Source of the DNA: Candidatus Thorarchaeota archaeon
Lineage (GTDB): Archaea; Asgardarchaeota; Thorarchaeia; Thorarchaeales; Thorarchaeaceae
Reading direction: 5' to 3'
Assembly: GCA_038893995.1 (NCBI GenBank)
Contig: JAWAQK010000033.1
Coordinates: forward strand, 1-27,179
DNA length: 27,179 nt
Shown here: piece by piece, positions 1-9,205 of the stretch
How positions within the stretch are numbered: the stretch's first letter is position 1
Layout: the number at the start of each line of letters is the position of its first letter
Program-made: the position numbers and the translations under genes
Notes under the pieces: model-generated
What the model was told of the DNA's origin: nothing
Databases searched by the model: none
The model's input: the letters and a program-made list of their open reading frames with translations, nothing else

Positions 1-27
1 CTGAGCGGAGGATCAGTATGTCACGGA

Positions 28-684
28 TCACGGACCCATCCCTGCAGACGGACATAGAGCCAAGAGGACGCAAGACGAGCAGCGGGGAGACCTTGCAGTA
101 CAAGTTCTCCTTCCATGGGCACCGACAAGTCTTGAGTAGTCGCCCCAACTCTCCCTGGGAATCAGGTCCATCAGGTCCCTCTCAATCTTCTCGGGACTGC
201 GTTTGGTGCTCAGTGCAAGCCTCTGCGAAACACGCATGACGTGGGTATCGACAACGACGCCCTCATTGATACCAAATGCCACGGACAGCACCACGTTGGC
301 CGTCTTGCGGGAGATCCCAGGGAGAAGCACGAGCTCCCTCAGTGATCTCGGTACCTCACCTCCAAACCTCTCCATGAGCATTCGAGATGCACCGCAGATG
401 TATTCTGCCTTCTTGTTGTAGGTGCCGCAGGGCCGGATGATCTGAGCCACGTCGACAGGATCCGCGTCTGCAAGAGACTTTGCATCGGGATATCTTGAGA
501 ATAGACGGGGTGTTACGGAATTCACGCAACGATCGGTGGTATGAGCAGATAGAATCGTAGATATCATCATCTCAAACGGATTGTGGAAAGAGAGGTAAGT
601 CGGGGGAGCGTCGGGATACGCTTCAGAGAGCAGTTGTAACACCCTGATGGCACGTTCTGCCGGAGTCATTTCAGACATCACCAT
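28..684 (-). CDS. nth: Endonuclease III (HhH-GPD DNA glycosylase/AP lyase)
   Basis: HhH motif LPGISRKTANVVL, VVDTHVMRVSQRL, and C-terminal Fe-S motif CTARSPRCSSCVLLALC. Start may be ATG 678. Confidence 0.95.
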   Translation of the reverse strand: MVMSEMTPAERAIRVLQLLSEAYPDAPPTYLSFHNPFEMMISTILSAHTTDRCVNSVTPRLFSRYPDAKSLADADPVDVAQIIRPCGTYNKKAEYICGASRMLMERFGGEVPRSLRELVLLPGISRKTANVVLSVAFGINEGVVVDTHVMRVSQRLALSTKRSPEKIERDLMDLIPRESWGDYSRLVGAHGRRTCTARSPRCSSCVLLALCPSAGMGP

Positions 685-774
685 GAGACTGGCCGGATCC
701 CAAGATTACTCTTTGGCTCCGACAACAGGGGAGTACCTCTACAGGGTGGTTCTGGCCAGTCTGAGATCGTATGC

Positions 775-788
775 GAGAGCTTATTAGA
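775..788 (+). promoter_or_regulatory. Probable BRE/TATA element of the RNase P RNA gene
   Basis: GAGAGC-TTATTAGA about 25-30 nt upstream of the inferred RNA 5' end at 811. Confidence 0.45.
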
Positions 789-810
789 GGTTCGGACAAT
801 GTCACGATAA

Positions 811-1162
811 GTGGCCTCGGAGCAGAAGTGCGACTGACGGTGCTCGCCAAAAACACAGAGCGCTGAGGAAACTCCCGACTACAGGTCGACGCCGGTTCTG
901 CGCAAGCTGAAGGGTGAGAGCCCTGCTCTGGGAACAGAAACGTCACCACTGAACCAGAGATGACGGTGATGCAGCAATGATGACTGCTGAGGACTGGTCC
1001 AGCGGGTTGAAACGGCCCAACACCGGGTAGCAACTCCAAGAATACGCCGATGACCTGTCGACAAGAGGCGTAGGGTAGGAGGCACAGTCTGATGTCGCAA
1101 GGGACCCCCGGGCAACTGGGGGAACGTAACAGAATCGGGGTTACTCTCTGCACCAAGGCCAC
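811..1162 (+). ncRNA. rnpB: RNase P RNA (archaeal type A-like)
   Basis: CR-I GAGGAAACTCCCGA (865-878) pairs with 3' ACAGAATCGGGGTTA to form P4 with the bulged U. P1 GTGGCCT (811)/AGGCCAC (1162); P2 TGCGAC/GTCGCA; P6 ACAGGTC/GACCTGT; AGAAAC and TGAAAC conserved regions; P16 TACGCC/GGCGTA; P19 CCCCCGG-GCAA-CTGGGGG. Confidence 0.93.
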
Positions 1163-1164
1163 GC

Positions 1165-1734
1165 TCATTCTTGCGAGGAGGCCTCGCCGCGATTGCTGCG
1201 ATGTTGAAGCCTCCTATGTTCATTCATTATGCGGGACTGGACTGATACTACCTCCAGGCTATCACTGCATTGTGAGTACAACTCCAGCCATTCGTAATTG
1301 ACTGCGATGAAGGCGGGGCCCCAGCTGAAGACAGACATCAGACGTTCAGCCTCACTCTTGAATCCCATGATGTACAGAGAGGCGCTAACAGCCTCGGCAG
1401 TAGACAGTCGTACTGGTCGATAAGTGTTTACAGGGTTGGCAGCGAGGAGATAGGGGAGGGCCCTCTGAACGCCAGACATAGGTTTCTTGAAGATGTCTTC
1501 AGCACGACTCCATGAACAGTCCAAGACGACAAGACCGTATCTGAGAGCCACTGTTCTGTCTGCAGGAGAGAGTGCTGTATCTGACGCAGGATTCAGAACT
1601 ACTGCACCTCGTGGTATTTGAGAGGTACTGCGTACTAGTTCTGCCATTCGCATCCGGACCAGTCGACGGCCCGTGCATTTGCTGCGGTCACACTGATCTG
1701 CATGATAGACTATGACTCGCGGAGAGCCCATCAT
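1165..1734 (-). CDS. tsr3: SSU rRNA aminocarboxypropyltransferase Tsr3 (DUF367)
   Basis: QCDRSKCTGRRL, LSPAD, LDCSW, RALPYLLAANPVN, LSTAEA and FSWGPAF motifs. Confidence 0.95.
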   Translation of the reverse strand: MMGSPRVIVYHADQCDRSKCTGRRLVRMRMAELVRSTSQIPRGAVVLNPASDTALSPADRTVALRYGLVVLDCSWSRAEDIFKKPMSGVQRALPYLLAANPVNTYRPVRLSTAEAVSASLYIMGFKSEAERLMSVFSWGPAFIAVNYEWLELYSQCSDSLEVVSVQSRIMNEHRRLQHRSNRGEASSQE

Positions 1735-1793
1735 TTAGAGCATACTTGGTGATTGCACAACAGATTTCAATATTGTCATTTCTTGACGACCTG

Positions 1794-2069
1794 ATGAGGA
1801 CAGTAGCATGGAGAGCTCGATCAGACACCTGTGAGATCTGCGGACGAAGCAAATGTCTCACCTTCAGGTGCAGAATATGCGGAGCCAACGCATGCGAGGG
1901 CTGTGTGGACTCAGAAGGACGCTGCCTTGCATGCGCAGAGGCTCTGTGTCAGGACTGCAGGACACACCTATCAAGTCGTGCATGTGAGAGATGTGGTAGG
2001 CTAGTCTGCGAGGATCACGGCAGGAGGGTCGGCGAGGCCACCCTCTGTGACCAATGCTCTGAAACATAG
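1794..2069 (+). CDS. Small Cys-rich tandem zinc-finger protein
   Basis: Eight CxxC/CxxH pairs in two similar halves (CEIC, CRIC, CEGC, CLAC; CQDC, CERC, CEDH, CDQC). ATG 1794 preferred over GTG 1746, which would leave almost no room for the divergent tsr3 promoter. Confidence 0.75.
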   Translation: MRTVAWRARSDTCEICGRSKCLTFRCRICGANACEGCVDSEGRCLACAEALCQDCRTHLSSRACERCGRLVCEDHGRRVGEATLCDQCSET

Positions 2070-2087
2070 GATGAAATCTCGTGGGGC

Positions 2088-3419
2088 CTGAGGGAAACGC
2101 TGATTCACGTAGGACTCGACGACATTGACAGTCCAAGAGGAGGCTGTACGACTCATTTCGCAAGCCTGATAGTGGAACATCTCGACAGAATCGGTGTACG
2201 CTGGTTGGACTATCCAAACCTCGTCAGGCTAAATCCCAATGTTCCCTTTCGAACAAGAGGAAACGGAGCCGTAGCACTCAGATTCGAAGCCGAGCAGAGC
2301 GAAGTGGACGATGTGGCCGGTATCCTCGAGGACAGCGTGGTGAGGTATTCGGAACTCGACTATCCTAACACCAATCCGGGAATAGTTGTCTTGGCTGGAA
2401 GCACTCCAGAGACAGTGAGAAGATTGGCTGAGGCGGCAATGTGGAGGCTCGTACCACTGTCCCTTGCTAAGCGTGTCGTGGAGCGAGAACGGATATGTCA
2501 CATAGAGAAGGGAAACGGAAGAGGACTTGTGGGGGCCCTGTCTGCCATCGGAAACGACCTCTCGGGAGATCACACGTTTGAGTATCTTGCCTACCGCTCT
2601 CTGGATCGGCACACACGCCACAGAGGAGTCGACCCAGAGTCAGTCGCACTCATGGATCGCCTGACCAGGGGTCGAACATACTCCAATATCGACCCGGAGA
2701 CCGGTACAGTCCTAGTGGAACCTCATGGGCCGGATCCGGTGATCTTCGGAATAAGAGGCGAGACCTCAATAGCAGTCAGGGAGGCGGCCCGGATGGTGAA
2801 GACTCAGGATCACATCGAGAGGTGGATGATATTCCGTACCAACCAGGGAACTGGTGCACATCTGGTCCATGAGGTGCCCATATCTGACCTGAGACCCTAC
2901 ATGGCTGCCACCGTAGTTGGTGAGGTCCGTTCCACGCCCAGAATGATAGAGGGAGGACACGTTGTATTTCGGTTGGGGGACGAGAACGGTACGATAGACT
3001 GCGCCGCGTACGAACCGACTGCAAGCTTCAGAAACCATATACTGAGGCTGTGGCCCGGTGACAGGATTGCGCTATATGCGGGTGTGAGACCGGCCTCGCG
3101 TCTTCATGGTCCGACTCTGAACATCGAGGGGATGAAGATACTGTCAGTGGTGCCAAGAACCCAGTGGATCAATCCATTATGTATCTGTGGTCATAGGATG
3201 AAGAGTGCTGGAACTGGAAAGGGATTCAAGTGTGAGAAGTGTGGACGGAGAAACACTGCCGTCCAGAGGACTGAACTCGTGCTTAACGACCCTCCACCAC
3301 TCGGTCTATATCTGCCGCCGCCACGGGCACAGAGGCACCTGAGCAGGCCCTACTCAAGACTAGCACTGAACAACGAACATTCGAGGCCCGATCTGACTAT
3401 TGAGTGGCATTCTCCCTAG
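2088..3419 (+). CDS. tiaS: tRNA(Ile2) 2-agmatinylcytidine synthetase TiaS
   Basis: Conserved N-terminal IHVGLDDIDSPRGGCTTH lies in frame upstream of the called GTG 2172. Also LVRLNPNVPFRTRGNGA, GRGLVGAL, PHGPDPVIFGIRG, TNQGT, AYEPT, a Zn ribbon and RHLSRP. Start is probably CTG 2088 or 2100. Confidence 0.93.
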   Translation: MRETLIHVGLDDIDSPRGGCTTHFASLIVEHLDRIGVRWLDYPNLVRLNPNVPFRTRGNGAVALRFEAEQSEVDDVAGILEDSVVRYSELDYPNTNPGIVVLAGSTPETVRRLAEAAMWRLVPLSLAKRVVERERICHIEKGNGRGLVGALSAIGNDLSGDHTFEYLAYRSLDRHTRHRGVDPESVALMDRLTRGRTYSNIDPETGTVLVEPHGPDPVIFGIRGETSIAVREAARMVKTQDHIERWMIFRTNQGTGAHLVHEVPISDLRPYMAATVVGEVRSTPRMIEGGHVVFRLGDENGTIDCAAYEPTASFRNHILRLWPGDRIALYAGVRPASRLHGPTLNIEGMKILSVVPRTQWINPLCICGHRMKSAGTGKGFKCEKCGRRNTAVQRTELVLNDPPPLGLYLPPPRAQRHLSRPYSRLALNNEHSRPDLTIEWHSP

Positions 3420-3531
3420 CTCAGTGAAACCGAGCGACAATGGGAAGCATCCTGTGCCTGCACGATTCCAGATGAAACTATCGTATGCACTGACGTGCCG
3501 CCACCCAGACAGAATCGTAGATGATACTGGA

Positions 3532-3561
3532 CCTGTGCTCGCGACATGACAGCGGCACAGG
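3532..3561 (-). terminator. Stem-loop just downstream of rps11, between convergent genes
   Basis: CCTGTGC(T)CGC...GCGGCACAGG inverted repeat 4 nt beyond the rps11 stop. Confidence 0.4.
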
Positions 3562-3565
3562 GTAG

Positions 3566-3961
3566 CTACACTCGTCGACCCCGTCTTCCGCCAGGCTTAC
3601 GAGTTCCGTCGTGGGGAATAGGTGTTACCTCATCGATCATTCCTATCCTCAGGCCTGCACGGCTCAGAGCACGGATTGCTGCCTGTGCACCGGGTCCCGG
3701 AGTCTTGGGGCCGTGACCACCTGGAGCTCTAACGCGGATGTGAATGCCATAGATGCCCTTGTCCTTTGCTTCACGTGCTGCTTGAAACGCAGCTTGCATT
3801 GCTGCATGGGGAGATGACTCGAAGCGATCAGCCTTCACCATCATACCACCGCTGCATCGAGCAATGGTTTCTGCACCAGTGAGATCAGTTATGTGAACGA
3901 TTGTGTCGTTGTATGAGGCAAATATGTGCGCAATTCCCCATCTTTCCTTGGTCTCACTCAA
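3566..3961 (-). CDS. rps11: 30S ribosomal protein uS11
   Basis: [62 protein letters not shown] start overlaps the rps4 stop. Confidence 0.98.
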   Translation of the reverse strand: MSETKERWGIAHIFASYNDTIVHITDLTGAETIARCSGGMMVKADRFESSPHAAMQAAFQAAREAKDKGIYGIHIRVRAPGGHGPKTPGPGAQAAIRALSRAGLRIGMIDEVTPIPHDGTRKPGGRRGRRV

Positions 3962-4647
3962 ATCCTCTCATCCTCCATGGTGAAATCGTGAACATCTTCG
4001 TCCTTGTCGGGTTCCATGTCGCCATCTACATCCTCTGCCAGGATTATGGGGCGGACTGCCTTTCTTGGGCCGCCAAATTCGCCTTCTCCTATCGCACCAG
4101 ATGGGACAGGGCTTAACCTCTGGGCCGCATTCGATGCCGCTATTCGGGCCGGGTGAGCAGGATCGTTCAGCTTAGAACCCGGGGCGTAACCTATCTTGTC
4201 CTCTTCGTCAACACGTATCAGCCGCGATGGCGTCATGACCCGGACATTGTCTAGGGCAATGTGTCCGTGTACAACGAGCTGACGAGCATGATATGCCGAG
4301 GAGGCGAGCCCCTTTCTGAAGACGATCGTCTGAAGTCTGCGTTCCAGCAAGTCGGCCAAGGTCAGGCCGAGAACACCGTCAAGTGTCCGGTCACCTTTCA
4401 GGATTCCAAGACGGGCAAGTTTGTCTATAAGTTCTTTCTCCTGCACTGCGCGCTCTCCTGGACTCTTCGCTAGTAGCGAACGCGCCTGACGTCTATACTG
4501 GGAGAGCTCGGTCCGATGCCTCCACAGCTCCCTCTTGTTTCTCAGACCATATGTTCCCATGAAGTGTAGCTCTTGCTCAAACCTGTCCGTTTCAAAGGGA
4601 CGCCTGGGACGTGAGTATTTCTGTGTCGTGCGACGTATGTCTCCCAT
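3958..4647 (-). CDS. rps4: 30S ribosomal protein uS4 with an acidic C-terminal extension
   Basis: [37 protein letters not shown]. Confidence 0.97.
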   Translation of the reverse strand: MGDIRRTTQKYSRPRRPFETDRFEQELHFMGTYGLRNKRELWRHRTELSQYRRQARSLLAKSPGERAVQEKELIDKLARLGILKGDRTLDGVLGLTLADLLERRLQTIVFRKGLASSAYHARQLVVHGHIALDNVRVMTPSRLIRVDEEDKIGYAPGSKLNDPAHPARIAASNAAQRLSPVPSGAIGEGEFGGPRKAVRPIILAEDVDGDMEPDKDEDVHDFTMEDERI

Positions 4648-4663
4648 TGCAAACCACCAGCAT

Positions 4664-5116
4664 CTAGTCCTTCTTCCTCGACACGCCTACCGCGACCCCA
4701 CCACGGCCAGTACTCTTGGTGTGCTGCCCCCTGACCTTTAGACCTAGCGAATGACGCACGCCCCTCCAACAGCGTATACGCTTGAGTCTGTCAATGTCGT
4801 TTCTGTGGGCAAAGTCGAGATCGGCACCAATCAGATGCAAGGTCCGACCAGTTGTGCGGTCGCGTGATCGGTTCGCAAACCACTCAGGAAAACCAGACTC
4901 CTGGAGCCCGTAGAGGGTCTTCTCTATCCGCTCGATGTCTGTATCAGACAGGAATCCGAGCCTACTGGTCGGGTCGAAGCCCAGTTGTGTCAAGACTGCC
5001 TTGGAGGTCCTCAGTCCAACTCCCAGGATCCTGGTGAGGCCCTGAAGCAGGCTCTCCTGACCACTGATGTCTCGTCCTGCCACACGGACTATGTGTCGGT
5101 ATTCCTGTTCTGACAT
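4664..5116 (-). CDS. rps13: 30S ribosomal protein uS13
   Basis: RHIVRVAGRDI, GVGLR, PEWFANR, WRGVRHSLGLKVRGQHTKSTGR. Confidence 0.98.
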   Translation of the reverse strand: MSEQEYRHIVRVAGRDISGQESLLQGLTRILGVGLRTSKAVLTQLGFDPTSRLGFLSDTDIERIEKTLYGLQESGFPEWFANRSRDRTTGRTLHLIGADLDFAHRNDIDRLKRIRCWRGVRHSLGLKVRGQHTKSTGRGGVAVGVSRKKD

Positions 5117-5280
5117 GTGATAGTCCTCGTCTTGAATTGCTCCTAGGACTGCGCATTCCCCGGGGATGCCTTATAATCATTGTCATCAGAACTCTCCGGA
5201 CAGTACTCAGTCCAGAGTTCAGTCACGGTTCACACTGAACAGAAAAGGTGAAAAGTATCTCATAATCAAGGGCACACAGT

Positions 5281-5393
5281 GCCCGGATAGCCAAGTGGTT
5301 TACGGCGGTAGCCTGGAGATGCCCATGGCATTAGAACTGGAGAGCTACTCTCCCAGATGGGAGGCATGAGTTCGAATCTCATTCCGGGCGCCA
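5281..5393 (+). tRNA. tRNA-Ser(GGA) with a 24-nt intron at 37/38 (5319-5342) and encoded CCA
   Basis: Acceptor stem GCCCGGA/TCCGGGC, discriminator G, CCA; D arm GCC...GGC; anticodon stem GTAGC/GCTAC with CT-GGA-G; long variable arm CTCCCAGATGGGAG; T arm ATGAG-TTCGAAT-CTCAT. Confidence 0.93.
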
Positions 5394-5549
5394 CTACCGG
5401 TTTCTGTTCTCGTCTGTTCACGGATTCGCATGTTCATCTCTCTCGTCGAACAATCTGGCACCGAAACTGCAAGAAATAGAGCTCCATGCAGTAACAGATG
5501 TGATATGTCCATGCACTGGCCAAACTATTCGAGACAACTTGAACTGGCC

Positions 5550-6587
5550 TCATGATGCACTCATGGTAAACTCGTTGACGAAATTCTTGTACATCATCTC
5601 CTTCACACGGGCGGGATCGTGTGTGTGTCCCAGTACCCAGGCCAGCTTCACTAGTGTGGCCTCGGACGTCATGTCACGGGCACTGATGGCCCCCGCATCC
5701 AGCGCCTCCTTACCCATCTCATAGAGTGAGAGATCGGCCTGCCCAAAGGCGCACTGAGAACTCACTACGACTGTGCACCCCTGGTCAACGGCCTGCCGAA
5801 TGCTCCCCAGAAGAGAATTCTCTCCAGTCGGAATGTTACCTGAACCAAATCCTTCAAGGACCAGACCACGACAGCCCATATCAACAATCTGGGTTATTAT
5901 CCTAGGAGGCATGCCAGGGAATATCTTGAGCAGGAATATCCGGTCATCAAGGCGGGTGTCGAAGTTGGGAATCAGGGCCTGTCGTCGACGATGTTCCTGA
6001 TGAAGAACTATGTCACGTGACAGCATGCCGAGGGGATATGGGTCAACAGAATCGAATGCATCAAAGGCATTGGTACGTACCTTCTTCGTCCGAGATGGTC
6101 GGTGGATCTCACCATTGAACACGATACAGGTTTCACCCAGATCTGCAAGGGCTGCAACCCTTATTGCATCTACGAGATTGCGTGCGCCGTCGCTCCATGG
6201 AACTGTTGCAGGGACCTGTGCGCCAGTGAAGACAATAGGCTTGCCAAAGTTCTGCAGCATGAAGCTGACAGCCGTTGCCGAATAGACCATCGTGTCAGTA
6301 CCGTGGGTCACGACAATGCCTGCTAGGTCAGGACTCTCTTCATGGACCTGCTTGATGGCTGCCGCAATCTCCTGCCAGTGGTGGGGCTGTGCATTGGCTG
6401 AGTCGAGTTGAAAGAGTTCGTGCTTCTCAAGCTGAATTGTTGCAAGTCTTCGGGGAAGACTGTCCAGAAGTGCATCAATCGACAGACCCGGCCGCAGTGC
6501 TTGTGTGGCGGGATCATATACACTACCAATCGTACCACCAGTTGTAATTAGAGAGACAACTGCAACTCTATCTGATCCTTCGCTCAC
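5550..6587 (-). CDS. L-asparaginase type I (AnsA/GatD catalytic-domain family)
   Basis: TTGGTI, HGTDTM, FTGAQ, DAFDS, GFGSGN, DMTSEATLVKL. No GatD N-terminal domain. GTG 6587 preferred because a TATA-like CTATAAGA lies about 25 nt upstream. Confidence 0.88.
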   Translation of the reverse strand: MSEGSDRVAVVSLITTGGTIGSVYDPATQALRPGLSIDALLDSLPRRLATIQLEKHELFQLDSANAQPHHWQEIAAAIKQVHEESPDLAGIVVTHGTDTMVYSATAVSFMLQNFGKPIVFTGAQVPATVPWSDGARNLVDAIRVAALADLGETCIVFNGEIHRPSRTKKVRTNAFDAFDSVDPYPLGMLSRDIVLHQEHRRRQALIPNFDTRLDDRIFLLKIFPGMPPRIITQIVDMGCRGLVLEGFGSGNIPTGENSLLGSIRQAVDQGCTVVVSSQCAFGQADLSLYEMGKEALDAGAISARDMTSEATLVKLAWVLGHTHDPARVKEMMYKNFVNEFTMSAS

Positions 6588-6767
6588 GAGATGATTCCAC
6601 TGAGCGAATCTTATAGATGTTGGCCCGCAGACCGAACCAGTGGCACATGTCACACCCCAGCCCATCAGATCGACTGCATGCGGCGTGAGAGAATCATTGG
6701 CACGACAGCTATTCCAAGATGGTGTAGAACAAAGGCGAGCCGCCCCCAGAATACCAGCACACGACTG

Positions 6768-7712
6768 TCACTGAATGCCACCGTCGAGAAGGGCAACACC
6801 ATTCCGGTCTACTCGTAGACGCATCAGATCCCGGGCGAGCATGGAGTTGGGGAAGACGGCCCGAGCCTCCTCAAGCACAGGTCGACCCTTAACCAGATCG
6901 TACCTGGGACTCAGATGTGTCAGGACCAGTGTCTTCACGCCACACTCTGATGCAATCTGGGCAGCCTCGACCCCCGTCATGTGCCCCCGCTCCTCGGCCT
7001 CCTTCTGATGTTCAGACGAGAACATGGACTCACAGATGAATAGGTCAGCAGATCTGGCTGCCTCACGCAGACCGGCACAGGGTCTGGAGTCCCCTGAGTA
7101 GACAATCTTTATCGGCGAAGGTCTGGAGGCTGTGACCTCGGCCGGCGTCACTACTCGTCCGTCGTCAAGTCTGATCGAAACACCCGAAGCCAGTTCTCTC
7201 CAGAGAGGACCGCGGGGCACGCCCAACGATATTGCTCGCTCCGGTAGGAATTCTCCTGTGGGTCGCTCATGCTTGATCTGGTAGCCCAACGCAGGTCCAT
7301 GGTGTTGGACCTCGAATGATCTGATCACCAGGTCGTTGATCGTGACCTCGTGGCCCGGAAGAATTGGATACACAGTGGTCTCAAAGTGCGTGTGAAGATT
7401 GATCGTGGCAACACCTGCCCTAACAAAGTCCACCAGTTCCTTGGGCCCATATATGGCAAGAGGCGCCAGCCTCCCAAGCAGCGAGAGCCTCAGGAGGAGT
7501 CCTGGAAGACCCAGACAGTGGTCAGCATGGGCATGCGTGATGAAAATGAGCATTCTCTTGTTGACTCCAATCCGGGCCCTGTCAAACTGAATCTGTGTGC
7601 CCTCTCCAGCATCCAGGAGGATGTGGAGTCCCTGATGCATGACAAGGATTGCTGGGTGCATTCGGTTGGCGGTCGGTATGGCACCGCCTGTGCCCAGGAA
7701 CACCACTTCCAT
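6768..7712 (-). CDS. rnz: Ribonuclease Z (tRNA 3' endonuclease)
   Basis: FLGTGGAIP, DAGEGTQ, THAHADHCLGLPG, exosite GVPRGPLW, YSGDSRP, LTHLSPRY. ATG 7712 follows SD GGTGA. Confidence 0.95.
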   Translation of the reverse strand: MEVVFLGTGGAIPTANRMHPAILVMHQGLHILLDAGEGTQIQFDRARIGVNKRMLIFITHAHADHCLGLPGLLLRLSLLGRLAPLAIYGPKELVDFVRAGVATINLHTHFETTVYPILPGHEVTINDLVIRSFEVQHHGPALGYQIKHERPTGEFLPERAISLGVPRGPLWRELASGVSIRLDDGRVVTPAEVTASRPSPIKIVYSGDSRPCAGLREAARSADLFICESMFSSEHQKEAEERGHMTGVEAAQIASECGVKTLVLTHLSPRYDLVKGRPVLEEARAVFPNSMLARDLMRLRVDRNGVALLDGGIQ

Positions 7713-7761
7713 CTGGTTCACCAAGTCTAGTGGCTGGACTTGGACGACATAAAGGATTTCA

Positions 7762-9147
7762 TTAGGCCAAGTCAAGAGGAGCTGTATCACGTCTTGCTTC
7801 CTGTCTCGCTACAGCGTAAGAGCACACATCCAGGATGTCACCGTGACTCCATGCAGACTCCTTCCTCTTGCGGTCAAATAGGAGTGACAGGGGCATTCTC
7901 CTCTCGGAACCAGAAGAAACGACGTGCGCAGAGAGGGCCCTGTTCAGATTGAGTTCGGATCTCAGTGCGTCAACGACTGCACGTCCTGCACCCGCTGGCA
8001 ACGCGGTCGTGAGAATGGCCCTCTGATCGCTGGTGTCCTCGATATTAGTGATACGAGACGCGTAAGTGAGGGGTAAATGAAACCAGGCGGGTAGGACATC
8101 TCCGGCTCGGTCGGCGGGTATCATTGCAACCACCCTCTCACTGAGAAGTGGGATATCTACTGTAATTCGGGGGACCAGCAGACCTCTCGTGAGCACGGAC
8201 CTCCTGATCCTGAATACTGCGGAGCGTGAGAGACCAGAGACAGACGAGATCTGCGAGGCAGTTGCATCAAAGTTCGTGCGCATCATATCAATGACGCGGA
8301 GTTCAGACGTGCTGAGCGAGGGGGATACCGACATGGGCATCGAATCAGGTGCTAGCACTAGCTTGCTGTCGCCTCCCCTGAGCGCAATCCGGAAATGGAG
8401 AAGGTCAGGGGCCCACGAGAGAGGCTGTGCCCTATAGTACAGGGGCGAGAACCGTGTCTTGCCCTCTGCAAGCCGCCACATCGTGACATTGGAGGCGGAT
8501 GAGCGGAGGGCTCGAAGGTAATCAATCACAGCAGACCTCTTATCCATGGGACAAGTTATCACAAGAAGGACCAACGAGACTGGCCCATCGACGAAGAGCG
8601 TGTGCTCAATGAACTCGGATTGGAGTACAAACGCGGGCTCTTCGAGCACAGCCAGTATTCTCTCGAGACCCATGGCATCATATCTCAGCAGTCCCCTCTT
8701 CCTCAAGACTCCCGACTGGGTCAGCCTATTGTATGCCCTGCGAATACGACCATATGCCACTCCTGTCCGCTCACTCAGGTTGGACAGGCTCATTGTGGGC
8801 TCCCTGACCAGGTTTCCGATACAGAGGATCTCGATGCTACTGAGTCTGGAAATGTTACTTCTCCATATCCACTCAGCGATGAACTGAACATCATGCTGGG
8901 TCACAATCGAGACATGTCCTCTAGACAGACTCTCACGTATCGTTTCGAGGATCTGACTGTATAGGCTGCCACGAGTTGTCAGACACATCATCTCAAGGCG
9001 ACGATTGTATGGATCATCCTCAAACAGGTCAGGGCTTGCGCCCTGTTCGATCGAGAGCAGATGTTTCATCAGGGACTGGGCTGCTGGCGAGAGTGAGAGC
9101 AAGACCGCATCAGCAGACCCCCGTGTTGCCATGGCTTCTGTCGTCAC
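7762..9147 (-). CDS. Large protein with tandem Lrp/AsnC-like winged-helix modules
   Basis: Two HTH-like segments (PTMSLSNLSERTGVAYGRIRRAYNRLTQSGVL...YDAMGL and DATASQISSVSGLSRSAVFRIRRSVLTRGLL), each followed by alpha/beta sequence. Confidence 0.6.
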   Translation of the reverse strand: MTTEAMATRGSADAVLLSLSPAAQSLMKHLLSIEQGASPDLFEDDPYNRRLEMMCLTTRGSLYSQILETIRESLSRGHVSIVTQHDVQFIAEWIWRSNISRLSSIEILCIGNLVREPTMSLSNLSERTGVAYGRIRRAYNRLTQSGVLRKRGLLRYDAMGLERILAVLEEPAFVLQSEFIEHTLFVDGPVSLVLLVITCPMDKRSAVIDYLRALRSSASNVTMWRLAEGKTRFSPLYYRAQPLSWAPDLLHFRIALRGGDSKLVLAPDSMPMSVSPSLSTSELRVIDMMRTNFDATASQISSVSGLSRSAVFRIRRSVLTRGLLVPRITVDIPLLSERVVAMIPADRAGDVLPAWFHLPLTYASRITNIEDTSDQRAILTTALPAGAGRAVVDALRSELNLNRALSAHVVSSGSERRMPLSLLFDRKRKESAWSHGDILDVCSYAVARQEARRDTAPLDLA

Positions 9148-9205
9148 CAGTATCGAGAAACACCCATGTAGATGTTACTGGTACAGCGATATAAGCTCCC
9201 GACAT

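Noticed and set aside
671-1223. ORFs 671..1168 (-) and 879..1223 (-)
   Set aside because: They are antisense to the RNase P RNA gene and show no protein motifs.
5550-6665. Calling the asparaginase GatD
   Set aside because: It lacks the GatD N-terminal domain and there is no adjacent gatE. The track's 26-aa extension is not GatD-like.
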